The translations under genes were made by a program, and so were the position numbers. This document shows positions 54,705 to 63,792 of a DNA stretch of 64,000 nt, in pieces. Positions within the stretch are counted from its first letter, which is position 1. The number at the start of each line of letters is the position of its first letter. Location: the IMG/VR virus record IMGVR_UViG_3300032053_000012; one strand, 5' to 3'. The stretch is from an uncultured virus (IMG/VR IMGVR_UViG_3300032053_000012) (taxonomy: Duplodnaviria; Heunggongvirae; Uroviricota; Caudoviricetes). The notes below the pieces were generated by a model. The model did no database searches, was not told where the DNA came from, and worked only from the letters and a program-made list of their open reading frames with translations.

Positions 54705-55200
54705 ACCACTCATCGACCGAAGGGGATGGCGAAGGAAACCGGCAGTTGAAAGGTTCAACGCGAAGGTAGACCGCAGCAAAGGTCGGGAAGCGTGTTGGCC
54801 GTGGCTCGGGTTCAGATCACGTAAGGGGTACGGTAGTTTTGGAGTCGATGGAAAACTGTGGATTGCCTCACGCGTGGCTTGGATCCTCGCGCACAAGCGA
54901 GACATTCCAAAAGGAAAACAGGTTCTTCACAAGTGCGACAATCCGCCGTGCATGAATCCTGCGCATATCTATCTCGGGACACCGAAGGACAACATGGACG
55001 ACAAGAAAAGGCGCGGCCGAGATAACCGACCGAATGGTGAGGACTTCAAGAGTGCGAAACTCACCGAACGACTCGTCGTTGACGTACGAAAGAGATTTGC
55101 CGCAGGCGAGAGCATGCGGAGTCTCGCTCGAGAGATCGGATGCAGTCATACGACGATCAAGGGCGCGATCAGGCGAGTAACATGGAAACACGTATCGTGA
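54619..55200 (+). CDS. HNH homing endonuclease (HNH_3 type); start uncertain
   Basis: CWPWLG...GYG...SRVAW...VLHKCDNPPCMNPAHIYLGTPKDNMDD...AKLTE, C-terminal HTH; markedly lower GC. Confidence 0.9.
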   Translation: MASCSTVKKQTLRRRSRSVRLSTYARWTRPLIDRRGWRRKPAVERFNAKVDRSKGREACWPWLGFRSRKGYGSFGVDGKLWIASRVAWILAHKRDIPKGKQVLHKCDNPPCMNPAHIYLGTPKDNMDDKKRRGRDNRPNGEDFKSAKLTERLVVDVRKRFAAGESMRSLAREIGCSHTTIKGAIRRVTWKHVS

Positions 55201-56027
55201 CCGCAGGGCACGAGGAGGGGGATAGGCGGCGCTCGCTCTCGCCGAACGTGACGTGTCGGATCTGTGGGACAGACGTCGGAGTCGACCCGCGCCACGCCGA
55301 GCTTGGTCACAGCTACTACTGCTCGATAAGCTGCTACGAGGGCGGGACGGACGCGATCGCCGGCACGCGGTCGACGATCGGCGTGCGGTCGATGGTCACC
55401 GCGGCGATCCCCGCACTGATGGCGGCCACGCCGGAGATGCTGGCGATCCACGGGAGCGAGGAGCGGGTCGCTGCGATCCGCCGCGGCGACCCCGAGGCGA
55501 TCCGGGCGTGGACGGAGGACGTCGACGTCTGCCACTCCGAGCTCGGGCGCGCGGCGCTGCGCGGGCTGATCGCCGTCATCGACGAGCAGGAAATGGTCAC
55601 CGGAAGATACGCGCTCGACCGCGCCGAGGCGAGGGCGCGATCACGCGACCGTCGACAGGCCGAGGTCGCGGCGTGGGTCGAGCGCGTGTTCGGCGCCGAG
55701 TCGCTGGCGACGGAGGAGCGCGCGCTTCGCTTCGTCGAGGAGGCAGTCGAGCTCGCGCAGGCGACCGGGCTGCCGGCGCAGAGGGTGCGCGCGGTCGCCG
55801 AGCACGTCTACGCGCGGCCCGCGGGGGAGGTCGCGCGGGAGGTCGGCGGGGTCGGCGTGACGCTGGTCGCCCTGTGCGCGGTCCTGGGCGTCTCGGCGGA
55901 GGACGAGGAGGCTGCGGAGGTCGCGCGCGTGTTCGCGGTCGACCCGGAGCACATGCGCGAGCGACACGAGCGGAAGGTCGCGGTCGGGATCGCGGTCGCG
56001 GCGCGGCGCGGCGGTGGTGGAACGTGA
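55197..56027 (+). CDS. protein with a C-terminal MazG-like (all-alpha NTP pyrophosphatase) domain
   Basis: VAAWVERVFG...ERALRFVEEAVELAQA...HVYARPAGEVAREVGGV.VTL. Confidence 0.65.
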   Translation: MTAGHEEGDRRRSLSPNVTCRICGTDVGVDPRHAELGHSYYCSISCYEGGTDAIAGTRSTIGVRSMVTAAIPALMAATPEMLAIHGSEERVAAIRRGDPEAIRAWTEDVDVCHSELGRAALRGLIAVIDEQEMVTGRYALDRAEARARSRDRRQAEVAAWVERVFGAESLATEERALRFVEEAVELAQATGLPAQRVRAVAEHVYARPAGEVAREVGGVGVTLVALCAVLGVSAEDEEAAEVARVFAVDPEHMRERHERKVAVGIAVAARRGGGGT

Positions 56028-56767
56028 GCGACATCGACCCGCTGCATGGATGGCAACGACCAGACGAGTCGAGCGAGTCCGACGCGCTGCGGGCGTGGCG
56101 GTGGCTGCGACCGAGGCTCGACGACGCGTGCGCGCGCGCGGTCTGCCTCGGTCCGTCGGCCGTCGTGGAGATCGCCGCGGTCGAGGCCGCGCTCGAGCGC
56201 GAGTCCGCGACGCGTACCGGCCTGCTCGCGGTGCTCTACCGGCACACCGGGTCCGACGTGCCGGAGCAGGACACGCTCGTGGAAAAGATCGACGCGGTGA
56301 TGGTCGAGCGCGCGGCGAAGCTCTACGCGGCGGAGGGCGGCAAGCTGATGGTAGAGGCCCAGCGCGACGAGGCGTGGCGCGGCCTCGCCGAGACGAAGGC
56401 TCGCCTCAACGACATGCACCGCCGCGCCCAGCTCGCCGAGTCGGTCGCCCAGCCGCTGATCGACGGGCGACCGCAGGGACCGGCCGGTCGATCGCTGGGC
56501 CGCGCCCTCGCGAACCTCGGGGCCGCGCAGCAGCGGGATCGGGCCGACGCTGCGTGCGTCGAGGTCGCGCGGCTGCGCGCGGCGCTCGCCGACGCGGTCG
56601 AGGGCATGGAGGAGATGCGCGGCTCTAGGGCACATGGTCGCGTCTCGGAAGCGCACGTGCCGTCCTTCTTCGCGCAGAAGTGGGACCACGCCGGCTACGT
56701 CGAGCGCGCGCGCGCCGCGCTCCGCGAGGTCGACGAGACGGACGAAACGGAGGAAGAGAAGCCATGA
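56024..56767 (+). CDS. hypothetical coiled-coil protein
   Basis: GTGA coupling; MHRRAQ.AES. Confidence 0.6.
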   Translation: MSDIDPLHGWQRPDESSESDALRAWRWLRPRLDDACARAVCLGPSAVVEIAAVEAALERESATRTGLLAVLYRHTGSDVPEQDTLVEKIDAVMVERAAKLYAAEGGKLMVEAQRDEAWRGLAETKARLNDMHRRAQLAESVAQPLIDGRPQGPAGRSLGRALANLGAAQQRDRADAACVEVARLRAALADAVEGMEEMRGSRAHGRVSEAHVPSFFAQKWDHAGYVERARAALREVDETDETEEEKP

Positions 56768-56991
56768 ACAGAGACGGCGACGACGGGCGAGGGTGGCGCG
56801 AGTACCTGCACGTCCGACCGGCGAAGGAGGCGCGCTGCGAGGTGCACGACTGGCCGACGGCGGGCATGCCGCGGCGGCTGGTCGAGGCGATGCGCGCGCG
56901 CCACTGGAGCGGCGGGATCGACGTCTGCGGCGACTGCGTCGAGCGCGCGAAGAACGAGGCCGACCGCGAGCGCCAGGCGGTGACGCCGTGA
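56764..56991 (+). CDS. hypothetical protein
   Basis: CEVH...CGDC. Confidence 0.55.
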   Translation: MNRDGDDGRGWREYLHVRPAKEARCEVHDWPTAGMPRRLVEAMRARHWSGGIDVCGDCVERAKNEADRERQAVTP

Positions 56992-57521
56992 TCAACCTCG
57001 CCGGGCGGAGCGACTGCGACGAGTACATCGCGCGCGAACTGCGGCACGCGCGGATCACTCCTGAGCGATGCGAGCCGTCGGGACGAGAGGTCAACGCATC
57101 GATCGTCGGTCGCCTACCCGGCTTCCTCTTCAAGCGCGCCTGGTACTACTACGTGGTCGAGGGGCGTGTGCCGCTCGCGGTCGCGCACGCGCTCTACGAG
57201 GATCCGCTCGGGCGCGACGACGTGCGCGTGTCTGGGCACTGCGGCTGCCCGCCGCCCGCGGACCCGTGGCTGAAGTACGTCGACGCGGACGGCAAGGAAC
57301 TGCTGACGCTCGGCGACCCGAGGCACGACGTGATGCATGGCGACTCCGAGATCGTGCTTCGCGTGAATGCGGAGATGCGGGCGATGTACCGGTGGGTCGA
57401 GGACCGCGCCGCCGCGGCCTCCGAGGTCTTCGTCGACCTCTACCATATCGACAGCGAGGCTGGGCTGCGGCTGTTCGCCGACGCCGTGCGGGACACCACG
57501 ACCACCAGGAGGACGCCGTGA
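56988..57521 (+). CDS. hypothetical phage protein
   Basis: INLAG...FKRAWYYYVV.G.VPL...VRVSGHCGCPPP...YHIDSEAGL. Confidence 0.7.
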   Translation: MINLAGRSDCDEYIARELRHARITPERCEPSGREVNASIVGRLPGFLFKRAWYYYVVEGRVPLAVAHALYEDPLGRDDVRVSGHCGCPPPADPWLKYVDADGKELLTLGDPRHDVMHGDSEIVLRVNAEMRAMYRWVEDRAAAASEVFVDLYHIDSEAGLRLFADAVRDTTTTRRTP

Positions 57522-57820
57522 GCACTAACAAAGCAGACGACCGAGACGACCCGGCGCGCCACGTCGCGCGCGCGGTCGAGTCGGCGGAGCGGCTGCGCGA
57601 CGCCTGCCAGCAGGCGATCCTCGACCTCGGCGAGGCGATCGTAGCCAGGGACGACAGCGAGGCGCGGCTCGAGGCCGGGAGCGAGAGGGAGCGGGTCGAG
57701 GGGTCGACGCTGCGCAACCTCGCCGCGCTCAACCACACGCGCGTGCGGATCTGCCTCGAGCGGTGCGTCGAGCTCGGGCGTGGCCTCGGGCGGCTCGGGA
57801 TCACGGGGAGGTCGCGGTGA
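57518..57820 (+). CDS. hypothetical protein
   Basis: AGGAGG RBS; coupled. Confidence 0.55.
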   Translation: MSTNKADDRDDPARHVARAVESAERLRDACQQAILDLGEAIVARDDSEARLEAGSERERVEGSTLRNLAALNHTRVRICLERCVELGRGLGRLGITGRSR

Positions 57821-58749
57821 TCCACGACCGCCCCACCTACACCGCCACTGACCGCGTCCCCACCCGCGCGGAGGCCGAGGCTGCGGCGGCCGACGTGCTC
57901 GCCCACGCGACGCGCACCTATGTCGGCGCGGCCGTGGATTTCGCCGTCTTCGTGCGCGCGGAGGCGGCCGAGCGCGCGGACCTGGCCGGGTACGTCCGCA
58001 TGCGGGCCGGGAACTGCCGCAGGACGGAGGCGGCGGCGATCGCGGTCGGCGACGTGCTCGCGGCCGCGACGCCCGAGGTCGCCCTCCTCCCGCCCGAATC
58101 GCGCGCACTGCTCCTTCGTCGCCCACTCGTCCCAGATCGTGCAGCCGTCCGCGCTTGGCGCCACTTCGGCGGCGACTACGGGTTCCTCACGAAGTATCCG
58201 CAGGCGCGATTCGCGGCGTCGATCGAAAACGGCTTCGACCAGATCAAGTGGCTCGTCGCCGAGATCAAGAAGAACCCGAGCAGCCGGCGGCTCGTGGTCT
58301 CGGCGTGGCACCCGGTCGACGCGGGCGTCGTGGCACTGCCGCCGTGTCACACGTTGTTCCAGTGCTGCGTGCAGGGGCCGAGGGACGGCAGCACTGCTAC
58401 CAGGAAGCGCCTGTCGCTCCACCTCTACATGCGCAGCGCCGACTACTTCCTCGGCGTGCCGTTCAACATCGCGAGTTACGCGCTGCTGACGCACCTGCTG
58501 GCGCGCGAGGCGGACCTCGACGCGGGGACGCTCACCGTGTCGTTCGGGGACGTGCACCTCTACCGGAACCACCTCGACCAGGCGCGCGAGCAGCTGTCGC
58601 GCGAGCCGAGGTTGCTCCCTAAGGTCCTGTTCCAGGGAGACCACACGGAGGTCCCGACCTCGATCCTCGACCCCGGGTGGAGAAAGGAGCACGTCTCGAT
58701 CGTCGGCTACGACCCGCACCCCGCGATCAAGGCGGCGGTGTCGGTGTGA
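57817..58749 (+). CDS. thyA: Thymidylate synthase, rearranged: C-terminal two-thirds intact, N-terminus non-homologous
   Basis: From 58156: WRHFG...DQIKW..EIKKNPSSRRLVVSAW..ALPPCHTLFQ...YMRSADYFLGVPFNIASYALLT...GDVHLY.NH...YDPHPAIKA; the IWDEWA segment is on the opposite strand. Confidence 0.85.
   Translation: MIHDRPTYTATDRVPTRAEAEAAAADVLAHATRTYVGAAVDFAVFVRAEAAERADLAGYVRMRAGNCRRTEAAAIAVGDVLAAATPEVALLPPESRALLLRRPLVPDRAAVRAWRHFGGDYGFLTKYPQARFAASIENGFDQIKWLVAEIKKNPSSRRLVVSAWHPVDAGVVALPPCHTLFQCCVQGPRDGSTATRKRLSLHLYMRSADYFLGVPFNIASYALLTHLLAREADLDAGTLTVSFGDVHLYRNHLDQAREQLSREPRLLPKVLFQGDHTEVPTSILDPGWRKEHVSIVGYDPHPAIKAAVSV
58072..58152 (-). pseudogene. thyA: Inverted internal thyA fragment
   Basis: Minus strand reads ADGCTIWDEWATKEQCARFGREEGDLG. 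Confidence 0.85.
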
Positions 58750-59009
58750 GCGTCGTGAGCGTCGCGGAGACGAGGACCAACGCTGACTACAGGGACGTCC
58801 TCCTCGACGGCGAGACGGGGCGCACGCTGCGCGTCTACCCGGCGGCGCAGGGCGCGATCGTAATGCGCGTGTTCTACGCCGCGGAGGGCGTGCTCGACCA
58901 CTACGGCTACGGCGAGCTCGTGGTCGACCTCGACGCCGCGGACGCCGTGGTCGAGGCGGTCGCGGCGACGGCGCGGGACGCGCGCGCGCGCGAGGGAGCC
59001 GGGCGATGA
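58746..59009 (+). CDS. hypothetical protein
   Basis: GTGA coupling. Confidence 0.55.
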   Translation: MSVVSVAETRTNADYRDVLLDGETGRTLRVYPAAQGAIVMRVFYAAEGVLDHYGYGELVVDLDAADAVVEAVAATARDARAREGAGR

Positions 59010-59455
59010 TGAAGCGAGCGACGCAGCTCGGGCGCTACCTCGCGCGCGCGGCCCACGCGCGGATCGGCAGCACGTCGGACGGCGTGTGCTACGTCGAGAT
59101 CGACTTCGCGGTCGAGCGCATGGTCTTCGCCCCGCCGCAGGCCGTGCGCGGCGTGCCGATCGAGGGGCCGGTCTCGGGCGAGCACCTGCGCTGGCGGGGC
59201 TGGTACACGCGCGGTGGGGTTCACAGGGCGTGCAGCGTGGTCGCGACGACGGGCGGGACGCTCGAGCGCACGGACGGCAACGGGGTCGTGGTGGAGGACC
59301 CGACGAGCCTCGACGGGGTGGGGTCGCGGGCGTGCGTGGTGGACGTGGTGCGGGTCGAGTGCGACGACGCGGAGGCGGCGGGTGCGCACAGGATGTTCGT
59401 GACGGCCGTGGAACCGGTCGACGGGATCGAGAGACAGGAGGAAGCGCGGCGATGA
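59006..59455 (+). CDS. hypothetical protein
   Basis: Coupled ORF. Confidence 0.55.
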   Translation: MMKRATQLGRYLARAAHARIGSTSDGVCYVEIDFAVERMVFAPPQAVRGVPIEGPVSGEHLRWRGWYTRGGVHRACSVVATTGGTLERTDGNGVVVEDPTSLDGVGSRACVVDVVRVECDDAEAAGAHRMFVTAVEPVDGIERQEEARR

Positions 59456-59724
59456 CCACGACGACGAAGACGAGGACGGCGGCGGACGCGACGACGCGGG
59501 AGGTCGTGGCGGCGTCGCTGCTGCGCGCGTACTACGACGGCAGGCGCGACGCGGCGCTGTCCCGGCTCGGGCGTCCGCCGCAGGGGCTCGACGACCCCCC
59601 GGACGACGAGGACCTAGTCCGGCTCCTCTGGGAGAGGGACGACGCGGAGATGGAGGAGATGCGGCGCCGGGCGACGGAGGTCGCGGACGCGGTGCTCCTC
59701 GCGATCGAGGAGGCGCCGCGATGA
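59452..59724 (+). CDS. hypothetical protein
   Basis: AGGAGG RBS; coupled. Confidence 0.6.
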   Translation: MTTTTKTRTAADATTREVVAASLLRAYYDGRRDAALSRLGRPPQGLDDPPDDEDLVRLLWERDDAEMEEMRRRATEVADAVLLAIEEAPR

Positions 59725-60212
59725 GAAGCGAAGAGGTCGACTTCGTGCGGTGGCTCTGCGTCTCGGTACCGACCCAGCGGTACCGCGCCGCCTTCCGCGA
59801 GTCGCGCGACGTGGGCGAGAAGGTGGTCACGCTCTGCGAGATCCTGAACGAGACGTGGTTCGGGTCGGCCTGGCGCGCGCGGATCCCCGACCGCGAGCGC
59901 ATGGAAGCCAAGAGGCGCAGAACTGCGCGCGGCGTGCGCCTGCTCGTGCACATGGTCGCGCGCGACTCGACGGTGAACCTCACTCCGCCCTTCGAGAGCT
60001 CGCGCGACCGCATGTCCCTCGCCGAGGCAGCCGCGTGGTGCGACGAGGAGTACCGGCGCTACGCCGCGCGTCCGTACCGAGGAGAGTCCGCGGCCGAGTA
60101 CCAGGACGCCGGGTACCGCGCCGCGCTCGCCGAGGTCGCGGCGATGTGCCGGAGCGGGCGACCGGCGCGACACGTAGGGATCGTGGGCGTGGCAGGCGGG
60201 CGACTGCCGTGA
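59721..60212 (+). CDS. hypothetical protein
   Basis: GAGGAGG RBS; coupled. Confidence 0.6.
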   Translation: MRSEEVDFVRWLCVSVPTQRYRAAFRESRDVGEKVVTLCEILNETWFGSAWRARIPDRERMEAKRRRTARGVRLLVHMVARDSTVNLTPPFESSRDRMSLAEAAAWCDEEYRRYAARPYRGESAAEYQDAGYRAALAEVAAMCRSGRPARHVGIVGVAGGRLP

Positions 60213-60412
60213 GCGCGAACGCGAGCACGACGGCCGAGATGCGGCGCCACCTGCGCGAGCTCGCGCGGGCGGTGATCAGGCTGCAGACGTGCGCGGCGCG
60301 GCCAGACGGCGGGTGCATGCTGCTGAGCCCGGACGGCCACCTCGACGCGGCCTACCGGCGCGCGGAGCAAGCCGAGGCGTTCCTGCGCGGGATCGAGCGG
60401 GCGCCGTCGTGA
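60209..60412 (+). CDS. hypothetical protein
   Basis: GTGA coupling. Confidence 0.5.
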   Translation: MSANASTTAEMRRHLRELARAVIRLQTCAARPDGGCMLLSPDGHLDAAYRRAEQAEAFLRGIERAPS

Positions 60413-60885
60413 CTGACCGAGACACCGGGTACGTCGACCTCGACGACGAGCGGCGCCGACGGAGGCGGCGTGCGCTCGACGAGATCGGTCGCAGGGCGCG
60501 CGCGCAGGGGGCGATGCTCGCCCAGCTCGCCGCCGCGGTCTCGCGCCTGGTCGAGGTCGACCGGGAGATCCTGCGCGCGGCGTTCGACCACCCGGTGCCG
60601 CCGATCTACGAGTCCGGCGTGCGCTACTGGCTCCGGCACGACGACGAGTGGTGCGACCTGCGCGTGGTGCTCGAGCAGGGACACGGCGACGTGGTCGACC
60701 TCGCGGCGTGGCGCGCGGCCGAACTGCTGGAGGCCGGCGTCGAGGCGCGGGTCCGGTTCGTGCAGAAGTTCATCGGCAGGATGGATCTGCGAGGCGGCGG
60801 GTGCGGGTTCGGCGGCGGGTTCGTCGTGGTCGCCGAGGTGCTGGCGGGAGGCCGCGTCGAGCGACCCTACGAGGTGCTGCGGTGA
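60409..60885 (+). CDS. transglutaminase-like fold protein, catalytic Cys apparently lost (tentative)
   Basis: PPIYESGVRY...EW.DL..VL..G.GDVVDLAAWRAAEL (compare GDCEDLA.WR.AEL). Confidence 0.5.
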   Translation: MTDRDTGYVDLDDERRRRRRRALDEIGRRARAQGAMLAQLAAAVSRLVEVDREILRAAFDHPVPPIYESGVRYWLRHDDEWCDLRVVLEQGHGDVVDLAAWRAAELLEAGVEARVRFVQKFIGRMDLRGGGCGFGGGFVVVAEVLAGGRVERPYEVLR

Positions 60886-61003
60886 GCACGTCGAATTTCA
60901 TCCAAGTCGACCGCGAGAGGATCGAGGTGCGTCAGCAAAACGCCGAGCCGCCCGCGCTGTGCGTCGCGGCACTCGAAGTCTGTTTGCGACGATGGAGGAA
61001 GCG

Positions 61004-61195
61004 ATGACCAAAAAGGACCAACTCAAGCGGATCGAAAACGAACGCGACGACGCCTATCTTGCCGGTCGCGCCGGCATGGTCCCCGCTGCGTGGAAGGAGC
61101 TTGCGTTGGCGCTGTGGACTGATCGCAAGCGCAGCCAGGCCCGCGTGGACGCCGCGATCGCGGCGCTCCGACGCTTGGGCGAGGAGCTACCGTGA
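61004..61195 (+). CDS. hypothetical protein
   Basis: GGAGG RBS; 63 aa. Confidence 0.5.
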   Translation: MTKKDQLKRIENERDDAYLAGRAGMVPAAWKELALALWTDRKRSQARVDAAIAALRRLGEELP

Positions 61196-61305
61196 GCAGC
61201 GCCGACGCCGACGCCGACGACGTGATGGTGTGGTGCGCCACGTTCAGCGAGCGCGTGCGGCACGCGCACGAGCCGCCGTCGGCCGTACGACTCCGAGGAG
61301 AAGCC

Positions 61306-62049
61306 ATGACGAGCACGACAATGTTCAAGTACGAGCTACCGAAGACGCTCTCGGACGCCGCGGTGGTCCTGCTCTCGGGCGGGATGGACAGCGCGGCGTG
61401 CCTCGCGCTCGCGCACCGGTGCTACCCGGCGGGGCGGGTGCGCGCGCTCGTGGTCGACTACGGCCAGCCGCACCGCGACCGGGAGACGACGGCCGCGGGG
61501 TTGATCGCCGGGCACGTCGGCGTCCCGAGCGAGCGGATCTGCGTCGCCGACGCGATGGCGGCGATGCGGCCGAGGCGCATGGCGAGGGCGGTGCACGAGC
61601 CGGCAGCGGGCGGCGCGCAGAGGCCGCACCCAGCGGAAGTACCGCAGCGGAACACGGTGCTGCTGTCGCTCGCGGCGGGGCACGGCATGGCGTGGTGGCC
61701 GGACGCGTCGCTCGACCTGTGGATCGGGGCGACCTCGGACGACGCGGCGGGGTTCGCGGACTGCCGGCCCGAGTTCATGGCGGCGGCGTCGCACTGCTTC
61801 TCGACCGCGAGCCCGCGGACCGTGCGCGTGGTTGCGCCGCTGGTCTCGACGAGCAAGCGCGAGCTCGTGGCGAGCGCGAGCCGGGACGTGCTCTGGCTGC
61901 TACGGAGGTCGTGGTCGTGCTACCGGGGCGGGGAGCGACCGTGCGGCGAGTGCACGCCGTGCGTGCTGCGGGCCGACGCGTTCGAGGCGGCCGGGATCCT
62001 CGCGTGCGTCGACCCCGACCCCTCTCCGAGCCAGGGAGACCGGACGTGA
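61306..62049 (+). CDS. queC: 7-cyano-7-deazaguanine synthase QueC-like
   Basis: VVLLSGGMDS (PP-loop), DYGQ.H..E, VPQRN, DCRPEF, APL...K, SWSCY...PCGECTPC..R. Confidence 0.9.
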   Translation: MTSTTMFKYELPKTLSDAAVVLLSGGMDSAACLALAHRCYPAGRVRALVVDYGQPHRDRETTAAGLIAGHVGVPSERICVADAMAAMRPRRMARAVHEPAAGGAQRPHPAEVPQRNTVLLSLAAGHGMAWWPDASLDLWIGATSDDAAGFADCRPEFMAAASHCFSTASPRTVRVVAPLVSTSKRELVASASRDVLWLLRRSWSCYRGGERPCGECTPCVLRADAFEAAGILACVDPDPSPSQGDRT

Positions 62050-62564
62050 CGTGGTGCTACAACGCGACGCCACGCCCGCCGGTCGCCCTCGGCGTGAGGG
62101 CCTGCTGCCCGGCGAAGCGCGCCAGGAAGTCGCCCGTCACGCTGCGGATCACGCCGATCGAGGCCGCGGTCCTCCGCGACATCGTCCTGCCGTCGCGCTA
62201 CCAGTGGAACGTGCAAGTCGAGTCGATCGTGGTCGGTCGCGACGAGCTCGTCGAGCACGGGTTCGTGCTGGCGGCCGGGATGTTCTCGGCCGAGTCGGTC
62301 GGCGCCGGGATCGCCTCCGGGAGGACGATCTACCCGACCCTCGGCCTCTCCGTCTCGCTCCGGCGCCTGTCCTCGCCGACCCGCGCGGTCGTCCGGGCCG
62401 TGCGCGTGCGCAGGACGAGGGGCGGGTCGATCCACGTCGCGCGCGTGTGGCCGCCCGCGGGAGTGTCCAGGCGCGAGCGACTGAGCCTCGTGGTCGTCGT
62501 CGACCTCCTCCCAGATCCCCACTACGCCCCTACGTCCCCCCACGCCCGACACGCCAGCGAATGA
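62046..62564 (+). CDS. hypothetical protein
   Basis: Coupled on both sides. Confidence 0.5.
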   Translation: MTWCYNATPRPPVALGVRACCPAKRARKSPVTLRITPIEAAVLRDIVLPSRYQWNVQVESIVVGRDELVEHGFVLAAGMFSAESVGAGIASGRTIYPTLGLSVSLRRLSSPTRAVVRAVRVRRTRGGSIHVARVWPPAGVSRRERLSLVVVVDLLPDPHYAPTSPHARHASE

Positions 62565-63232
62565 TCGTCTACGTCGGCGACACGCGGTCGAGGAAGCTGC
62601 TCGCGGCCCTGCGAGCCGAGGGCATCGGCCAGGTGGCGGTGCGCGGCCGGCTGTCGGGCCGCAGGCTCGACCCGTGGTTCTACGACAACGGCGCCTTCGA
62701 GGACTACCGCGCGGGCGTGCCGTTCGACGAGGCGGCGTTCCGCGCCGACCTCGCGGTGCTCGACGCGCAGTCGGAGCCGCCCGCGTTCGCGGTGCTGCCC
62801 GACGTGGTCATGGGCGGCGCCGAGTCCTTGAAGCTCTCGATGCGGTGGTTCGAGGACGTGCCGCGCCGGGACTGGTACCTCGCGGTGCAGAACGGGGTCG
62901 AGGTCGGCGACGTCCCGTGGCGGAGCGGGATCGCGGGGGTGTTCGTGGGCGGCGACCTCGGGTGGAAGCGGGCGACGGGCGCGCGCTGGGTCGAGGCGGC
63001 GCACGCGCGCGGGCTGCGATGCCACGTGGGGCGCGTGGGGACGGTGCCGCGGATCGCGTGGGCGCGCGACGCGGGGGCCGACTCGATCGACTCGAGCCTG
63101 CCGCTGTGGAGCAACAAGAACATGCGTCGGTTCATGCAGGCGCTTCGGCAGTCGCACTTCTGGGCGCCCGACTACCGCCGTCCCGAGGAAGCGACGACGG
63201 AGAAGACGGAGAAGGCGAAGGCGAACCGGTGA
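62561..63232 (+). CDS. DpdA/TGT-fold DNA base-exchange enzyme-like protein
   Basis: WFYDNGAF...PDVV...LAVQNG...VFVGG..WK...HVGRV...GADSIDS parallels the TGT/DpdA motifs (DSG.F, PD, Q.G, GG, H..G, DS.D). Confidence 0.7.
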   Translation: MIVYVGDTRSRKLLAALRAEGIGQVAVRGRLSGRRLDPWFYDNGAFEDYRAGVPFDEAAFRADLAVLDAQSEPPAFAVLPDVVMGGAESLKLSMRWFEDVPRRDWYLAVQNGVEVGDVPWRSGIAGVFVGGDLGWKRATGARWVEAAHARGLRCHVGRVGTVPRIAWARDAGADSIDSSLPLWSNKNMRRFMQALRQSHFWAPDYRRPEEATTEKTEKAKANR

Positions 63233-63792
63233 CGACGCGCTGGGTCGTCTCCTACCGCGCGGACCCCTACGCGCGGCGGCTCGCGGACGGGCACTACTCG
63301 CGGCGCGCGGTGGGCGCCAAGCAGTTCGTGCCGCCCGGGCGGTGCGTGGTGCTGCGCACGATCGCGGGGGACGCCTACTGGGTCACGTCCTGGCAGGAGT
63401 ACGTCGACCACCGCTGGCCGGGGGCGTGGATGTGCTCGGCGTTTCGGAACCTGTCGCCGCACCGGTCGAGCGAGCTCGTGGTCGAGGCGATGGCGGCGAC
63501 GCGCGCGGTGTGGCCCGAGCCGCCGCGGGTGCCGGCGTGGGTCGTGGTCGGCAGGGAGCCTCACCGGACGATCCTCGAGCGCGATGACATCGCGTGCGTG
63601 ACGTTCGTCGACGAGGACGCGGTGCGGAGGAAGCGCGACCCCGGGCGGTGCTTCCTGCGCGCCGGGTTCGAGGTGGTCGGGCGCACGCGGGGCGGGCTGG
63701 TCGCGCTCGGGATGAGGGCCTCGCGGCTCCCGGCGCCGGATCCCGCGATGGTCGAGCAAATCGGCCTGTTCCCCGAGACTCGGCTACACTGA
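63229..63792 (+). CDS. Mom-like GNAT-fold DNA modification protein (tentative)
   Basis: LADGHYSR..G..QFVPPGR.VVL...W.CSAFRN....SSELV..A...W...VTFVD...PGRCFLRAGF..VG.T. Confidence 0.6.
   Translation: MTTRWVVSYRADPYARRLADGHYSRRAVGAKQFVPPGRCVVLRTIAGDAYWVTSWQEYVDHRWPGAWMCSAFRNLSPHRSSELVVEAMAATRAVWPEPPRVPAWVVVGREPHRTILERDDIACVTFVDEDAVRRKRDPGRCFLRAGFEVVGRTRGGLVALGMRASRLPAPDPAMVEQIGLFPETRLH

Noticed and set aside
54406..55200. Group I intron or intein housing the HNH
   Set aside because: Flanking ORFs do not look like halves of one gene; no intron core or intein terminal residues recognised
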